38,422 bases of DNA, from contig JAACVI010000119.1 in NCBI GenBank assembly GCA_009992505.1, positions 1 through 38,422 of the forward strand. Direction: 5' to 3'. The stretch comes from Myxococcales bacterium. Its GTDB lineage: Bacteria > Myxococcota_A > Polyangia > Polyangiales > Houyiibacteriaceae. The translations under genes were made by a program, and so were the position numbers. The notes beneath the pieces are model-generated. The model did no database searches, was not told the origin of the DNA, and saw nothing but the letters and a program-made list of their open reading frames with translations. How positions within the stretch are numbered: the stretch's first letter is position 1; each line of letters opens with the position of its first letter. This document shows, piece by piece, positions 9,078-17,576 of this stretch.

Positions 9078-9253
9078 TGGCCTCCGTCTTGGAACGACGT
9101 TTGCGTCGTCTCATGCCTGCGCACCTCGGCTCGCTGCCGTGCGCGCCGCACCGACGCCGCCACGATCAAGAGCAGGCCGATGGCCAGGGCGATGGCGATG
9201 AGCTTGCGCGGGGAGGCTCGAAGGGCGCGGTCGGGGTCGCCGGCCTCGGGCAT
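9074..9253 (-). CDS. small single-pass membrane protein (59 aa)
   Basis: Hidden as the tail of shadow ORF 9074..10102. Sequence [40 protein letters not shown]... The ATG (9253-9251) shares one base with the thrC TGA (TGATG). Its own TGA overlaps the next ATG (ATGA at 9077-9074). About 85 percent G/C at third positions by hand count. Confidence 0.55.
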   Translation of the reverse strand: MPEAGDPDRALRASPRKLIAIALAIGLLLIVAASVRRARQRAEVRRHETTQTSFQDGGQ

Positions 9254-10605
9254 CAGGCGCCGTCTTGGTCCAGGGATCCGAGCACGGCGCGTCGCACCTC
9301 GGAGTAGTCGTTCGCGAGCTCGATGGGCCGATTCGCGTACTGGCTCTCCACGCCGTCGATCTTGCCCTCGTGGTAACGCACCTTGAAGTCCGCGAACTTG
9401 AGGCCGTTGGCGGTGGAGATCACCACGACCTTCTCGTGCTTCTGGATGTCCCCGCGAGCCACGAGCTTGGCGAGCGCGGCCAGGGCCACGCCCGTGTGCG
9501 GGCAGACGAAGGTGCCGGTGCGGTCGGCGGCGGCGGCGGCTTCTGCCAGCTCGGACTCCGTCGCCTGCTCCACGACACCGTCGTAGCGCTGCAGCGTGCG
9601 GATGGCGCGCCGGATGCTGATGGGGTTGCCGATGCGAATGGCGCTGGCCTCGGTGGCCTCGGCCGTCATGGCTTCGAAGGTGTCGAAGCCCTTGGTGTAG
9701 GCGCGGTAGAGCGGGTTCGCGCGCGCCGCCTGGGCGACGCAGATGCGCGGGCGCTTGCTGAGCAGACCGAGCTCCCCCAGCAGATCGAAGCCCGCACCCA
9801 GGGCGGAGACGTTTCCGAGGTTGCCACCCGGGATGATGACCCAGCCGGGCGCGCGCCACTCGAACTGCTGACAGATCTCGATGGCCACGGTCTTCTGACC
9901 CTCGAGGCGCAGCGAGTTCATGGAGTTCGCCAGGTAGACGCCGGGTTCCTTGGTCAGCGTCTGCACGTGCGCCATGCAGCCGTCGAAGTCGGTGTCGAGG
10001 GCGCAGACCAGCGCGCCGTTGGCCAGCGGTTGAACCAGCTGGGCCGTGGTCACCTTGCCCTTGGGCAGGAGCACCACGGCTCGAATCCCGGCCGACGCGC
10101 AATAGGCGGAAAGTGCGGCCGACGTGTCGCCTGTCGAAGCGCAGGCGATGGCGCGAATCGGCGCGCCATCCGCGATCATCTGCTTCACGACGCTGACCAG
10201 GACCGTCATGCCGAGGTCCTTGAACGACCCCGTATGGCTATTGCCACACAGCTTTAACCAGACGTCGGACAGTCCAAGCGTCGCGCCGTAGCGTTCCGCC
10301 CAGAATAGATTCGTGCCGCCCTCGGCCATGGACACGATGTTCTCGTCGCGTAACTGCGGGGCCACCCACTCCTTCTTGCCCCAGACGCCGCTGCCGTGGG
10401 GCCAGCGCGTCGTCATCCAGCGCTCGTCGAAGAGGCGCATCCAACTTGCGGCGCTGCGGTCCTTCAAGGCCGCCACGTCGTGGTGGACCTCGAGCAGTTC
10501 CCCGCATTGCGGACAGGCGTACATCACCTCGTGGAGGGCGTAGCTGCCTGGGCAGCCGGCGGTGCAGCGAAAGTGGGCCGAGTAGCTCATGTCGGGAGTA
10601 TACAA
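9253..10605 (-). CDS. thrC: threonine synthase
   Basis: PLP-lysine motif [13 protein letters not shown]-terminal Zn-ribbon-like CTAGCPG...[14 protein letters not shown] and IPGGNLGN motifs. Start is ATG 10605 or ATG 10590. Confidence 0.95.
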   Translation of the reverse strand: MYTPDMSYSAHFRCTAGCPGSYALHEVMYACPQCGELLEVHHDVAALKDRSAASWMRLFDERWMTTRWPHGSGVWGKKEWVAPQLRDENIVSMAEGGTNLFWAERYGATLGLSDVWLKLCGNSHTGSFKDLGMTVLVSVVKQMIADGAPIRAIACASTGDTSAALSAYCASAGIRAVVLLPKGKVTTAQLVQPLANGALVCALDTDFDGCMAHVQTLTKEPGVYLANSMNSLRLEGQKTVAIEICQQFEWRAPGWVIIPGGNLGNVSALGAGFDLLGELGLLSKRPRICVAQAARANPLYRAYTKGFDTFEAMTAEATEASAIRIGNPISIRRAIRTLQRYDGVVEQATESELAEAAAAADRTGTFVCPHTGVALAALAKLVARGDIQKHEKVVVISTANGLKFADFKVRYHEGKIDGVESQYANRPIELANDYSEVRRAVLGSLDQDGA

Positions 10606-10866
10606 AATGCCCGCCGCCCGCTTCCCTTCTCAATTCTCTCCAGATAGTCCGTGGTGCGGCTCGCCCGGTTCCGCGCGTTCGACTCCACGTGGGCGTTGGA
10701 GGCCCAGCGAAGCCCGTCTGGCGTCCGCATTTCCCCACCTACACCTCAGGACTACGGAACCTTGGCGCCGAAAGCGTCGACTTCCGCGCGGCAAGTGGCG
10801 GCTTGGACGCACGAATGCGCCGCCTGGGCTGGACCAAGCGGCGCGCGCCTCGCGGGCGAGATGGTT

Positions 10867-12180
10867 TCAGCGGGGTGGGTCGGAGCCTGGCGGACGCCCA
10901 CGGCGATGGTCGCGCAGCGTGATGATGCGTCGCGGCGCCGGACCTTGGGGGAGAGACCGGTCGAATCGACGCCGCAGCTCGGGTTCCGGACGTGCGCCGA
11001 CGTCCACGACCCTCACGCTCGAGCGCTCGAAGTCGAGTACGTCCTGCTGCGTGATGACTTCGGCTTCGGCTTCGCACGCGAGCTCCGTATTGGCGCGCAG
11101 GGCACGCCGCTCAGCCAGGATTCTCGCATCGCATCGCAGCGCAGCGTCGCGCGCGAGCTCCTCTCTGATCTCGGCGAGCAGTGGCCCGGGCGCCGCGATC
11201 AGCGAATCGGCATCGGGCTCCGCGGTCGGCACGTGATGACGCAGCCGCATCTCGTATGTGCCATAGGGGAAGACGATCTCGTCCTGGAGAGCCAGCACTT
11301 CGCCCTGGAGTCGTCGAAGCGCCCGAGCGTCGTGCCTCTCGAGCGCCTCATCGTACGCGCCGTGCCACAAGGCGGATTCGCGTCGCGCCTCGTCATCTTG
11401 ACGTCGGCCCATGAGGTCCGCCGCGCCACGCTTGAAGCGCGGGATGCTCTGGCCCTTGGGCTCGGCCAGGCTTACGGGTTCGCTCCACGGATGCAGTCGC
11501 CGGATCTTCTGAGCGCCGAGAAAGGAACGGCCCCGAAAGGCTCTCTTCAGGGCCTGCGTGCCATGCCTCTCGAGCTGGACCATGTCGTAGACGAGCTTCT
11601 CGAGCTCGCCTCCGTAGCAGCGATAGAGCAGCGGAGGCGGTGTGAGTTCGAGGCGCAGTTCTTCAGGGCGATTCTTGGAGAAGTAGAGGGGCGGTCGCTT
11701 CACGGCGAGGCCGCCGGTCTTCCAGTGGTCGAAGCCGAGGGCGAGGCCCGGCATGTGGTCCGGTTCCCTGACGAGGCCAGCGGCGACGGGGTTGAGGCGC
11801 TCGTAGAGGAGGTGTGAGGCTTGGGCTTCGGCATCCAGCAAGCGCATGCAGTGGGTGGGCCTCACGTCGAAGACGGAGCACGGAGTGTCGTACCGCTCGT
11901 GCGCGAGCAGGGTACTGATGGCGGCGCTGATGTCTCCATGGAGCAGGCGCAGAAACTGGCCCGTGTTGGGTTCGGAGGGCGTGACGGTGAGGTGATGGTG
12001 GTTGACGACCCGGACGGCGTGATGGATGGCCATGCCCGTGTGCCGCTGTGCATCAGCGAGGGCATAGAGCCAGCACTGGTCGACGAGTTCATGCCACGGG
12101 CCGAGGAAGGCCTTCCGCAGCGTAGTGCGCCGGGTGAGGGCGGTCGTAGCGCCTCGGACGACGATGCGGGCAGCGGTCAC
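10867..12180 (-). CDS. HUH/Y1 tyrosine transposase homologue (IS200/IS605 TnpA / REP-associated RAYT-like) with long C-terminal extension
   Basis: AVRVVNHHHLTVTP (His-hydrophobic-His) and, about 65 residues later, HLLYERLNPVAAGLVREP (Tyr-x-x-x-Asn-Pro-Val). Compare E. coli RayT HMHCIW ... YIYINPVKHGWV. The maximal ORF extends to 12309, but its first codons read through the repeat array. GTG at 12180 is the first plausible start. Confidence 0.75.
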   Translation of the reverse strand: MTAARIVVRGATTALTRRTTLRKAFLGPWHELVDQCWLYALADAQRHTGMAIHHAVRVVNHHHLTVTPSEPNTGQFLRLLHGDISAAISTLLAHERYDTPCSVFDVRPTHCMRLLDAEAQASHLLYERLNPVAAGLVREPDHMPGLALGFDHWKTGGLAVKRPPLYFSKNRPEELRLELTPPPLLYRCYGGELEKLVYDMVQLERHGTQALKRAFRGRSFLGAQKIRRLHPWSEPVSLAEPKGQSIPRFKRGAADLMGRRQDDEARRESALWHGAYDEALERHDARALRRLQGEVLALQDEIVFPYGTYEMRLRHHVPTAEPDADSLIAAPGPLLAEIREELARDAALRCDARILAERRALRANTELACEAEAEVITQQDVLDFERSSVRVVDVGARPEPELRRRFDRSLPQGPAPRRIITLRDHRRGRPPGSDPPR

Positions 12181-12270
12181 GACCGACGGGATCCACGAAT
12201 TGTGCCATCTGGTCGGTGTCGTGATTACGGGGACTTGGCGCCGAGGTGGCGGCGGATCGGCGGATAATCG

Positions 12271-12531
12271 CTGGCGCCCGCCAGCCTTCCGCCCGTCTTG
12301 GAGCGCCACGGGCGCTCCACAGACTTTTCCGGACGTGGGGCGCGTGGCGGGGGTCAGGCGCTGCAGAGGAAGCCGGGGCCCTCACGGGCGCTTCACAGAC
12401 TTTTCCGGACGTGGGGCGCCTGGCGGCCACCAGCCTTCCGCCCGTCTTGGAGCGCCACGGGCGCTTCACAGACTTTTCCGGACGTGGGGCGCGTGGCGGG
12501 GGTCAGGCGCTGCAGAGGAAGTCGGGGCCCT
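12271..12531. repeat. composite REP-like repeat array, X-B-Y-B-X-B-Y
   Basis: A 37-nt core B (cacgggcgctYcacagacttttccggacgtggggcgc) occurs at 12307-12343, 12383-12419 and 12456-12492. A 36-nt X occurs at 12271-12306 and 12420-12455 (2 mismatches). A 39-nt Y occurs at 12344-12382 and 12493-12531 (1 mismatch). A perfect hairpin ggagcgcc-acg-ggcgctcc lies at 12300-12318. The array is directly upstream of the HUH/Y1 gene. Confidence 0.8.
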
Positions 12532-13525
12532 CCCTGAAGTGCATGCTGAGGAGGTGGGTGCGGATGGCGTCGCGAGCACCTCGGGCGGCCACGGAGGCGA
12601 CGACGAATTCGCGGGCTGGATGAAGCGCGTCTGTGCTTTCGATGGGCACGCCACGGGCGAGGCGCCCGATCTTCTTCGGGTCGATGTCCACGAATCGGCG
12701 CGCCTTCAGACCGTACGCTTCCATTGCGCGTGCCGTGCGGCGTCCGTCGCGCCCCGCGCCCCAGATGGTCAGGGGTCGACCGGCGGCCCGGCAGCGCCGG
12801 GCCAGGAAGCCGGCCTTCAGCGTGCGCATCTTCTCCCGGCTGAACGCGGGCTGGGTGAAGGTCGCTCGCCCTTCGCCTTGTCGCCAACGCAGCCCGACGA
12901 AGGGCAGCTTCGTGAGGCCGAAGCCTGCCTCGTCGAGCCGCAACCAGAGCGAGTAGTCCTCGGCCATGCCGTCGTCGAGGTAGCCGCCGACCCGCTCGAA
13001 GGCGGAACGACGAATCGTGCAACTCGGATTGCACAGCGGCGCATCGATGAAGACCGCTCGCCTGTGCTCTTCGGGCTCGCGCAGTCCATTCTGCCAGGCG
13101 ACGAATCGTTGCATGCCCTCCTGCACGACGCCCTCGGGGAAGGCCTCCACGCGCGTCCCGACGGCGCCGAGCGTCTCGTCTCGGCTCAGGGCATCCAGGG
13201 TTCGGGCGAAGCGCCCGGGCAGGCTCACATCGTCCGCATCCATGCGCGCGAGATAGGGCGCGCGATTGTCCACGAGTCCGCGATTCAGCGCATCGGCGAT
13301 GCCCCCGCCAACGCCCGTCACCATGACCACGCGAGGGTCTCGCACGGCCCAGCGGGCAACGATGGTGCTGCCCCCGTCCATGGATCCGTCGTCGATGGCG
13401 ACGAGCTCGAGGTCCGGCGCGGTCTCGGCGAGCACGCTCCCCAGCGCTTCGTCCAGGGTGGGGGCGGCGTCGCGATAGGGCATCAAGATGGAGAGCGCCA
13501 CGTCGCGCTGGGGCTCGTGACCCAT
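12503..13525 (-). CDS. family 2 glycosyltransferase with C-terminal Rossmann-like extension
   Basis: SILMPYRDAAPTLDEAL...AIDDGSMDGS...ARMDADD is a GT-A/GT2 signature with DxD. The C-terminal TIWGAGRDGRR segment looks nucleotide-binding. The last codons and stop lie inside repeat unit Y2. Confidence 0.85.
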   Translation of the reverse strand: MGHEPQRDVALSILMPYRDAAPTLDEALGSVLAETAPDLELVAIDDGSMDGGSTIVARWAVRDPRVVMVTGVGGGIADALNRGLVDNRAPYLARMDADDVSLPGRFARTLDALSRDETLGAVGTRVEAFPEGVVQEGMQRFVAWQNGLREPEEHRRAVFIDAPLCNPSCTIRRSAFERVGGYLDDGMAEDYSLWLRLDEAGFGLTKLPFVGLRWRQGEGRATFTQPAFSREKMRTLKAGFLARRCRAAGRPLTIWGAGRDGRRTARAMEAYGLKARRFVDIDPKKIGRLARGVPIESTDALHPAREFVVASVAARGARDAIRTHLLSMHFREGPDFLCSA

Positions 13526-13527
13526 CG

Positions 13528-14979
13528 CTAGACGACGCGATTCGAACCGAGGACGCTGTCGCGCGCGGCCAACTCGGCGAGGCTCGCGAGCACGGGGGGA
13601 TAGCTCGCGACGAGCTCGACGAAGCGGGCGCGCGGCAGTCGCAAGAGCAGCACATCTGTGATGGCCCAGCAGTCGACTTCGCTCGGCGCATGGTCGAGCA
13701 GGGATCGCTCGCCGATGATCTCGCCTGGCGTGAGGACACCCTCGTCGCCTGCTTCGTCGCGCACACCGAGCTGGCCGGCGAGCACGACATAGAGTCCGTC
13801 GCTGGGCTTGCCGCGCGCGAGCAGCTCGGTCTCTTCTTCGGCGCGCCTCACCTCGAACAGACGCGACAGCGCACGCTTGCTCTCCGGATCGAAGGCGGCG
13901 AAGAGCTCACTCGTGGCCAACAAGTTGCCGAGCAGTCGACGTCCGAGGAGCTCGGTCAGGACCTGGCCGACCTCGGGGTACTCGAGCACCAATCGATCGA
14001 GCGTCGTCTTGGGCAAAGAGAGCGCGCGCGTGCGGCTGCGCGCGACGACGTCGGCTCCGCGCGTGACGTTGTCGAGCAGGCAGGACTCCCCGACCACGTC
14101 TCCTTCGCCGAGCAGAATCGGCGCGCCGCCTTCGAGACCCGGGACGTGGACCTCGGCGCTGCCCTCGGTGATCACCAAGAGCGCGTCCGCGGGCTCACCG
14201 AAGCGCACGATCCGCTCCGAGGGAGCCACCTCGAGCAGCTCCGCGGACAGCAGCAGTTCGTCCAACGCGGCCTGGGGCACGTCGGCGAAGAGCGGCGAAG
14301 AGGGCAGGGTGGCGAGCTCCTCCGCGCTCGGCCCCGCCTCGTCGTCGACGAAGAGGACGACATCCCAATCCGCCTCGGGCTCGTCCTCGTCCTGATCCTC
14401 GAGTTCCGTCGCTTCGATCTCGGGCCATTCGGACTCCCGAGAGTCGGTCGAAGCGTCGCGGGGCGCAGGTCGTGGAGGTGCCACGCGGCCGAGGATCTCC
14501 GCGTCCGACAGATCGAGCTCCATGACCTCGTCCGGCGCCAGGCTGGGAAAGCCCTCCACGTCGCTCGCGCCCTCGCCGACCAGAAGCGGCGCGTCGGCCA
14601 TGCTGTTGCGCGGCGAGGCGCTCGCCCCTGCACCCGCGCGTCGCCTCTGCTCGAGCAGCTCTCGCGCACGCGTCGGATCCACGCGCGCCAACACGTCCGT
14701 GCGCGTGGGATCGATCGCCAGCAGCACCTTGGCCATGGCCGCCGCGCGCGCCACGAACCCCTGCTTGGCGTAGCGATCCACGGCCCGCTCGTAGCAGCGG
14801 ACAGCCTCCGCGTCGTGGCCCAGCCGCCGATGCAAGTCCCCCGCTCGGTTGGGCCACCGAGGCTCGTCGAGCTCGAGCGCGCTCAGCTCCTCGTACAGCT
14901 CGAAGGCGCTGGTCCACCGCTCCTTGCGAAGCGCGTGGTTCAGCTTGTCGGTCAGGTCGGAGGCTCGTGCGTGACTCAA
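13528..14979 (-). CDS. TPR-like N-terminal domain protein with two cyclic-nucleotide-binding domains
   Basis: TTG start at 14979. N-terminal helical-repeat region (AVRCYERAVDRYAKQGF...), acidic linker, then two cNMP-binding-like modules (GEGDVVGESCLLD...RGADVVA and GEIIGERSLLD). The stop is 2 nt from the GT2 start, suggesting an operon. Confidence 0.75.
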   Translation of the reverse strand: MSHARASDLTDKLNHALRKERWTSAFELYEELSALELDEPRWPNRAGDLHRRLGHDAEAVRCYERAVDRYAKQGFVARAAAMAKVLLAIDPTRTDVLARVDPTRARELLEQRRRAGAGASASPRNSMADAPLLVGEGASDVEGFPSLAPDEVMELDLSDAEILGRVAPPRPAPRDASTDSRESEWPEIEATELEDQDEDEPEADWDVVLFVDDEAGPSAEELATLPSSPLFADVPQAALDELLLSAELLEVAPSERIVRFGEPADALLVITEGSAEVHVPGLEGGAPILLGEGDVVGESCLLDNVTRGADVVARSRTRALSLPKTTLDRLVLEYPEVGQVLTELLGRRLLGNLLATSELFAAFDPESKRALSRLFEVRRAEEETELLARGKPSDGLYVVLAGQLGVRDEAGDEGVLTPGEIIGERSLLDHAPSEVDCWAITDVLLLRLPRARFVELVASYPPVLASLAELAARDSVLGSNRVV

Positions 14980-15063
14980 GGAGAGCCCATCCTAGCATCA
15001 CGCGCCCGCCCCAGTCTTCCGCCGCTCGCGCCGAGGGCGGCTCTGGTATCCTGTGCGCCGACG

Positions 15064-16461
15064 ATGAGCCTCTTCGTTCGATTGCTGCGCGCCCAGTTCG
15101 TCTTTGGCGTGATCCTGACCAGCTACCTCTGGCATCTCTTCCTGCGTAAGGTCTTCGGCCGCCTGCGTACCGACGAAGAGGACGGGCGCGAGCGGCTGGT
15201 GATGCCGGAGTGGCTGAAGCGGCAGCGCAAACGCGTCGACGACAAGAACGCGCGACGGATGCTCCGGGGCATGCTCCGGCTGCGCGGAGTCTACATCAAG
15301 CTCGGGCAGGTGCTGTCGATCATGGGCGGGTTCCTGCCGCGCGCCTACACCCGCGAGCTGGAGTCGCTGCAGGATGCCGTGCCTCCCAGGCCCTTCGGCG
15401 AGATCCGCACGGCCTTGAAGCGCGAGCTCGGCGCCGAGCCCGAGGACATCTTCGCCGAGTTCGATCCGGAGCCCATCGCCGCGGCTTCGCTGGGTCAGGT
15501 GCACGCCGCGCGCCTCGAAGACGGGCGCAAGGTCGCGGTGAAGGTGCTCTACCCTCGCATTCGCGACGTGGTGCGCACGGACATGAAGGTCGTGCGCCTG
15601 GCCATGAAGGTCTACCGATTCTTCGTCCCGGTGCAGAACATCGAGCAGGTGCACGCGGCGCTCGTGGACCTGCTCCAGCGCGAGACGGACTACCTGCACG
15701 AGGCGGAGTGCATGCGCCGCGTGGGCGCGAACTTCGCCTCGCAGGACGACATCGTCGTGCCCGAAGTGATCGACGCGCACACGACCGCGGACGTGCTGAC
15801 GATGACGTTCATGGATGGGATCAAGATCAGCCGCATCGAGGAGCTCGAGGCCGCGGGTATCTCGCGCCACGCGGTGGCTGCGCGGTTGGTGCAGGTCTTC
15901 TACGAGCAGATCTTCGTTCACCGCTTCTTTCACGCCGACCCACACCCCGGGAACTTCCTCGTCCAGCCCGGGCCGGACGCGGATCATCCGCGCCTCGTGA
16001 TCCTCGACTTCGGCGCCATCAGCGACGTCTCGCAGCAGATGGTCGACGGCATGATCGACGTGCTGCGCGGCTTCTTCGAGCAGAACGACGAGCTCGTGCT
16101 GCGCGGCATCGAGACCATCGGTTTCGTCGCCCCAGGGGGTGACCGCGAGCTGCTCGACAAGACCGTCAAGATCTACTTCCAGAAGCTGCTGCAGGTCGAG
16201 GATCGCACGGTGGGCGCCATCTCTCGCGCGCGCACGGAGGAGCTCGAGGCGCTGATGGATCCCGAGGTCGAGCGCCGCCAGCTGCGCGATCTGATGCGCT
16301 CCGTGCGCTACCCCGAGGGCTGGTTCTACGTCGAGCGCGCCAGCGTCCTGCTCTTCTGGTTGGCGGGCACCATCGATCCGGAGCTCGACACGCTTCAGGT
16401 GGGGTTCCCCTACGTGCTCCCGCTGCTCGCGCAGCGCACGGCGGCCCTCGCCGCCAGCTGA
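15064..16461 (+). CDS. ABC1/UbiB-family atypical protein kinase
   Basis: ATG 15064 inside track ORF 13690..16461, whose upstream part is antisense shadow. Motifs GVYIKLGQVLS, PIAAASLGQVHAARL.DGRKVAVKV and FFHADPHPGNFLV. Confidence 0.9.
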   Translation: MSLFVRLLRAQFVFGVILTSYLWHLFLRKVFGRLRTDEEDGRERLVMPEWLKRQRKRVDDKNARRMLRGMLRLRGVYIKLGQVLSIMGGFLPRAYTRELESLQDAVPPRPFGEIRTALKRELGAEPEDIFAEFDPEPIAAASLGQVHAARLEDGRKVAVKVLYPRIRDVVRTDMKVVRLAMKVYRFFVPVQNIEQVHAALVDLLQRETDYLHEAECMRRVGANFASQDDIVVPEVIDAHTTADVLTMTFMDGIKISRIEELEAAGISRHAVAARLVQVFYEQIFVHRFFHADPHPGNFLVQPGPDADHPRLVILDFGAISDVSQQMVDGMIDVLRGFFEQNDELVLRGIETIGFVAPGGDRELLDKTVKIYFQKLLQVEDRTVGAISRARTEELEALMDPEVERRQLRDLMRSVRYPEGWFYVERASVLLFWLAGTIDPELDTLQVGFPYVLPLLAQRTAALAAS

Positions 16462-16471
16462 GTTCGGGCCG

Positions 16472-17434
16472 TCAGTCGTCGAGGCAGGCGACGGCGGCGC
16501 CTCGCAGGCCGACGTCCCCTGCCGTGACCAACGTGACGCGCGTCGCCTCGAGCAGCGGTCGCATGCGGCCCTTGTCGAAGAAGGCCTCGAGGAAGATGCG
16601 CGTCGCTGCGTCGTCGAGGATCTTCGGCGCGATGCCGCCCGCGAGGTAGAGGCCGCCGCTGGCGAGCACGGCCAGCGCGAGGTCGCCCGCTGCCGCGCCG
16701 TACAGGGACACGAAGCGCTCGAGCACCTGCGCGGCGCCAGCATCCGACGCAGCCGCGGCGGCGATGCGCGCGGGGCGGTCGTCCCCGGCGCCGCTGAGGG
16801 ACGCCGCTCCCTCGACCAGGCCCGACTCGACCATGAAGTCGTACAGGCTCGCGAGGCCGGGTCCAGAGACGACACGTTCGACCGAGACGCGACCGTGGCG
16901 TGCTCGCAGATGGGCGAGCAGGGCGTCTTCCTGCTCGTCCCGTGGCGCGAAGCCGAGGTGTCCGCCTTCAGAGGAGAGGACGCGAGGCGGGCTCGCCGGC
17001 AGCGCGACGGCCACGCCGAGCCCCGTGCCGGCGCCCACCAAGAGGCGCGGCCCGTCCGGGCTGACGTCGCCCGGCTGCAGGACTCTGAGGTCATCGTCCG
17101 ACAGCGCCTCGAGGCCTCGCGCCACGGCGTAGAAGTCGTTGACCAGGCGCACCTGTCCGAGCCCGAGGTCGCGGCGCAGCTCGGCCTCGTCCATGCGCCA
17201 CGGCAGATTGGTGGCGGTGCAGGTACCCTTCACGACGGGGCCCGCCACGGCGAAGCAGGCGCGGGACGGTGCCGGGGAGTCGCCCAGGAACGCACGGGCC
17301 GCGTCCGCCAGGCTGACGTGCGCCGCGCTCGCGACCACACCCTCCGCGAGCACCCGGCCATGGGAAGCGTCCGTCGCTTCCAGCAGTCGGAAACGCGCGT
17401 TCGTGCCCCCCACGTCGGCCACCAAGATTCGCAT
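16472..17434 (-). CDS. glk: glucokinase
   Basis: ATG 17434 inside track ORF 16472..18052. MRILVADVGGTNARF, NLPW, LVNDF, GAGTGLG and EGGH are Glk/ROK-like ATPase motifs. Confidence 0.9.
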   Translation of the reverse strand: MRILVADVGGTNARFRLLEATDASHGRVLAEGVVASAAHVSLADAARAFLGDSPAPSRACFAVAGPVVKGTCTATNLPWRMDEAELRRDLGLGQVRLVNDFYAVARGLEALSDDDLRVLQPGDVSPDGPRLLVGAGTGLGVAVALPASPPRVLSSEGGHLGFAPRDEQEDALLAHLRARHGRVSVERVVSGPGLASLYDFMVESGLVEGAASLSGAGDDRPARIAAAAASDAGAAQVLERFVSLYGAAAGDLALAVLASGGLYLAGGIAPKILDDAATRIFLEAFFDKGRMRPLLEATRVTLVTAGDVGLRGAAVACLDD

Positions 17435-17576
17435 GGCGCGGAGCGTCCGCAGCGCGACGCTCGGAGTCAAGCGCGGGCATGGGTCGTGCGCAGTCGGTGT
17501 GGATGCCGACGTGCTACTCTTGGGGTTCTCCGCGTGGGTCCGGGCGGGGGCTGAAGCATTTCCAAGAGGTGAGGCA

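Noticed and set aside
10690-10745. Possible degenerate inverted copy of the repeat core downstream of the HUH/Y1 gene. ccacgt ... agcgaagcccgtctggcgtcc resembles the reverse complement ccacgt ... agcgcccgtggcgctcc with similar spacing.
   Set aside because: Similarity is patchy, requires gaps and does not preserve the hairpin. It cannot be distinguished from chance in GC-rich DNA without a statistical alignment.
12307-12492. Three 37-nt direct repeats spaced by 39 and 36 nt, which a CRISPR finder might call a mini-array.
   Set aside because: The apparent spacers are themselves repeated: X at 12271 and 12420, Y at 12344 and 12493. The structure is therefore a higher-order composite repeat. No cas genes are in the window, and it abuts a Y1 transposase-like gene, which fits REP-type elements better.
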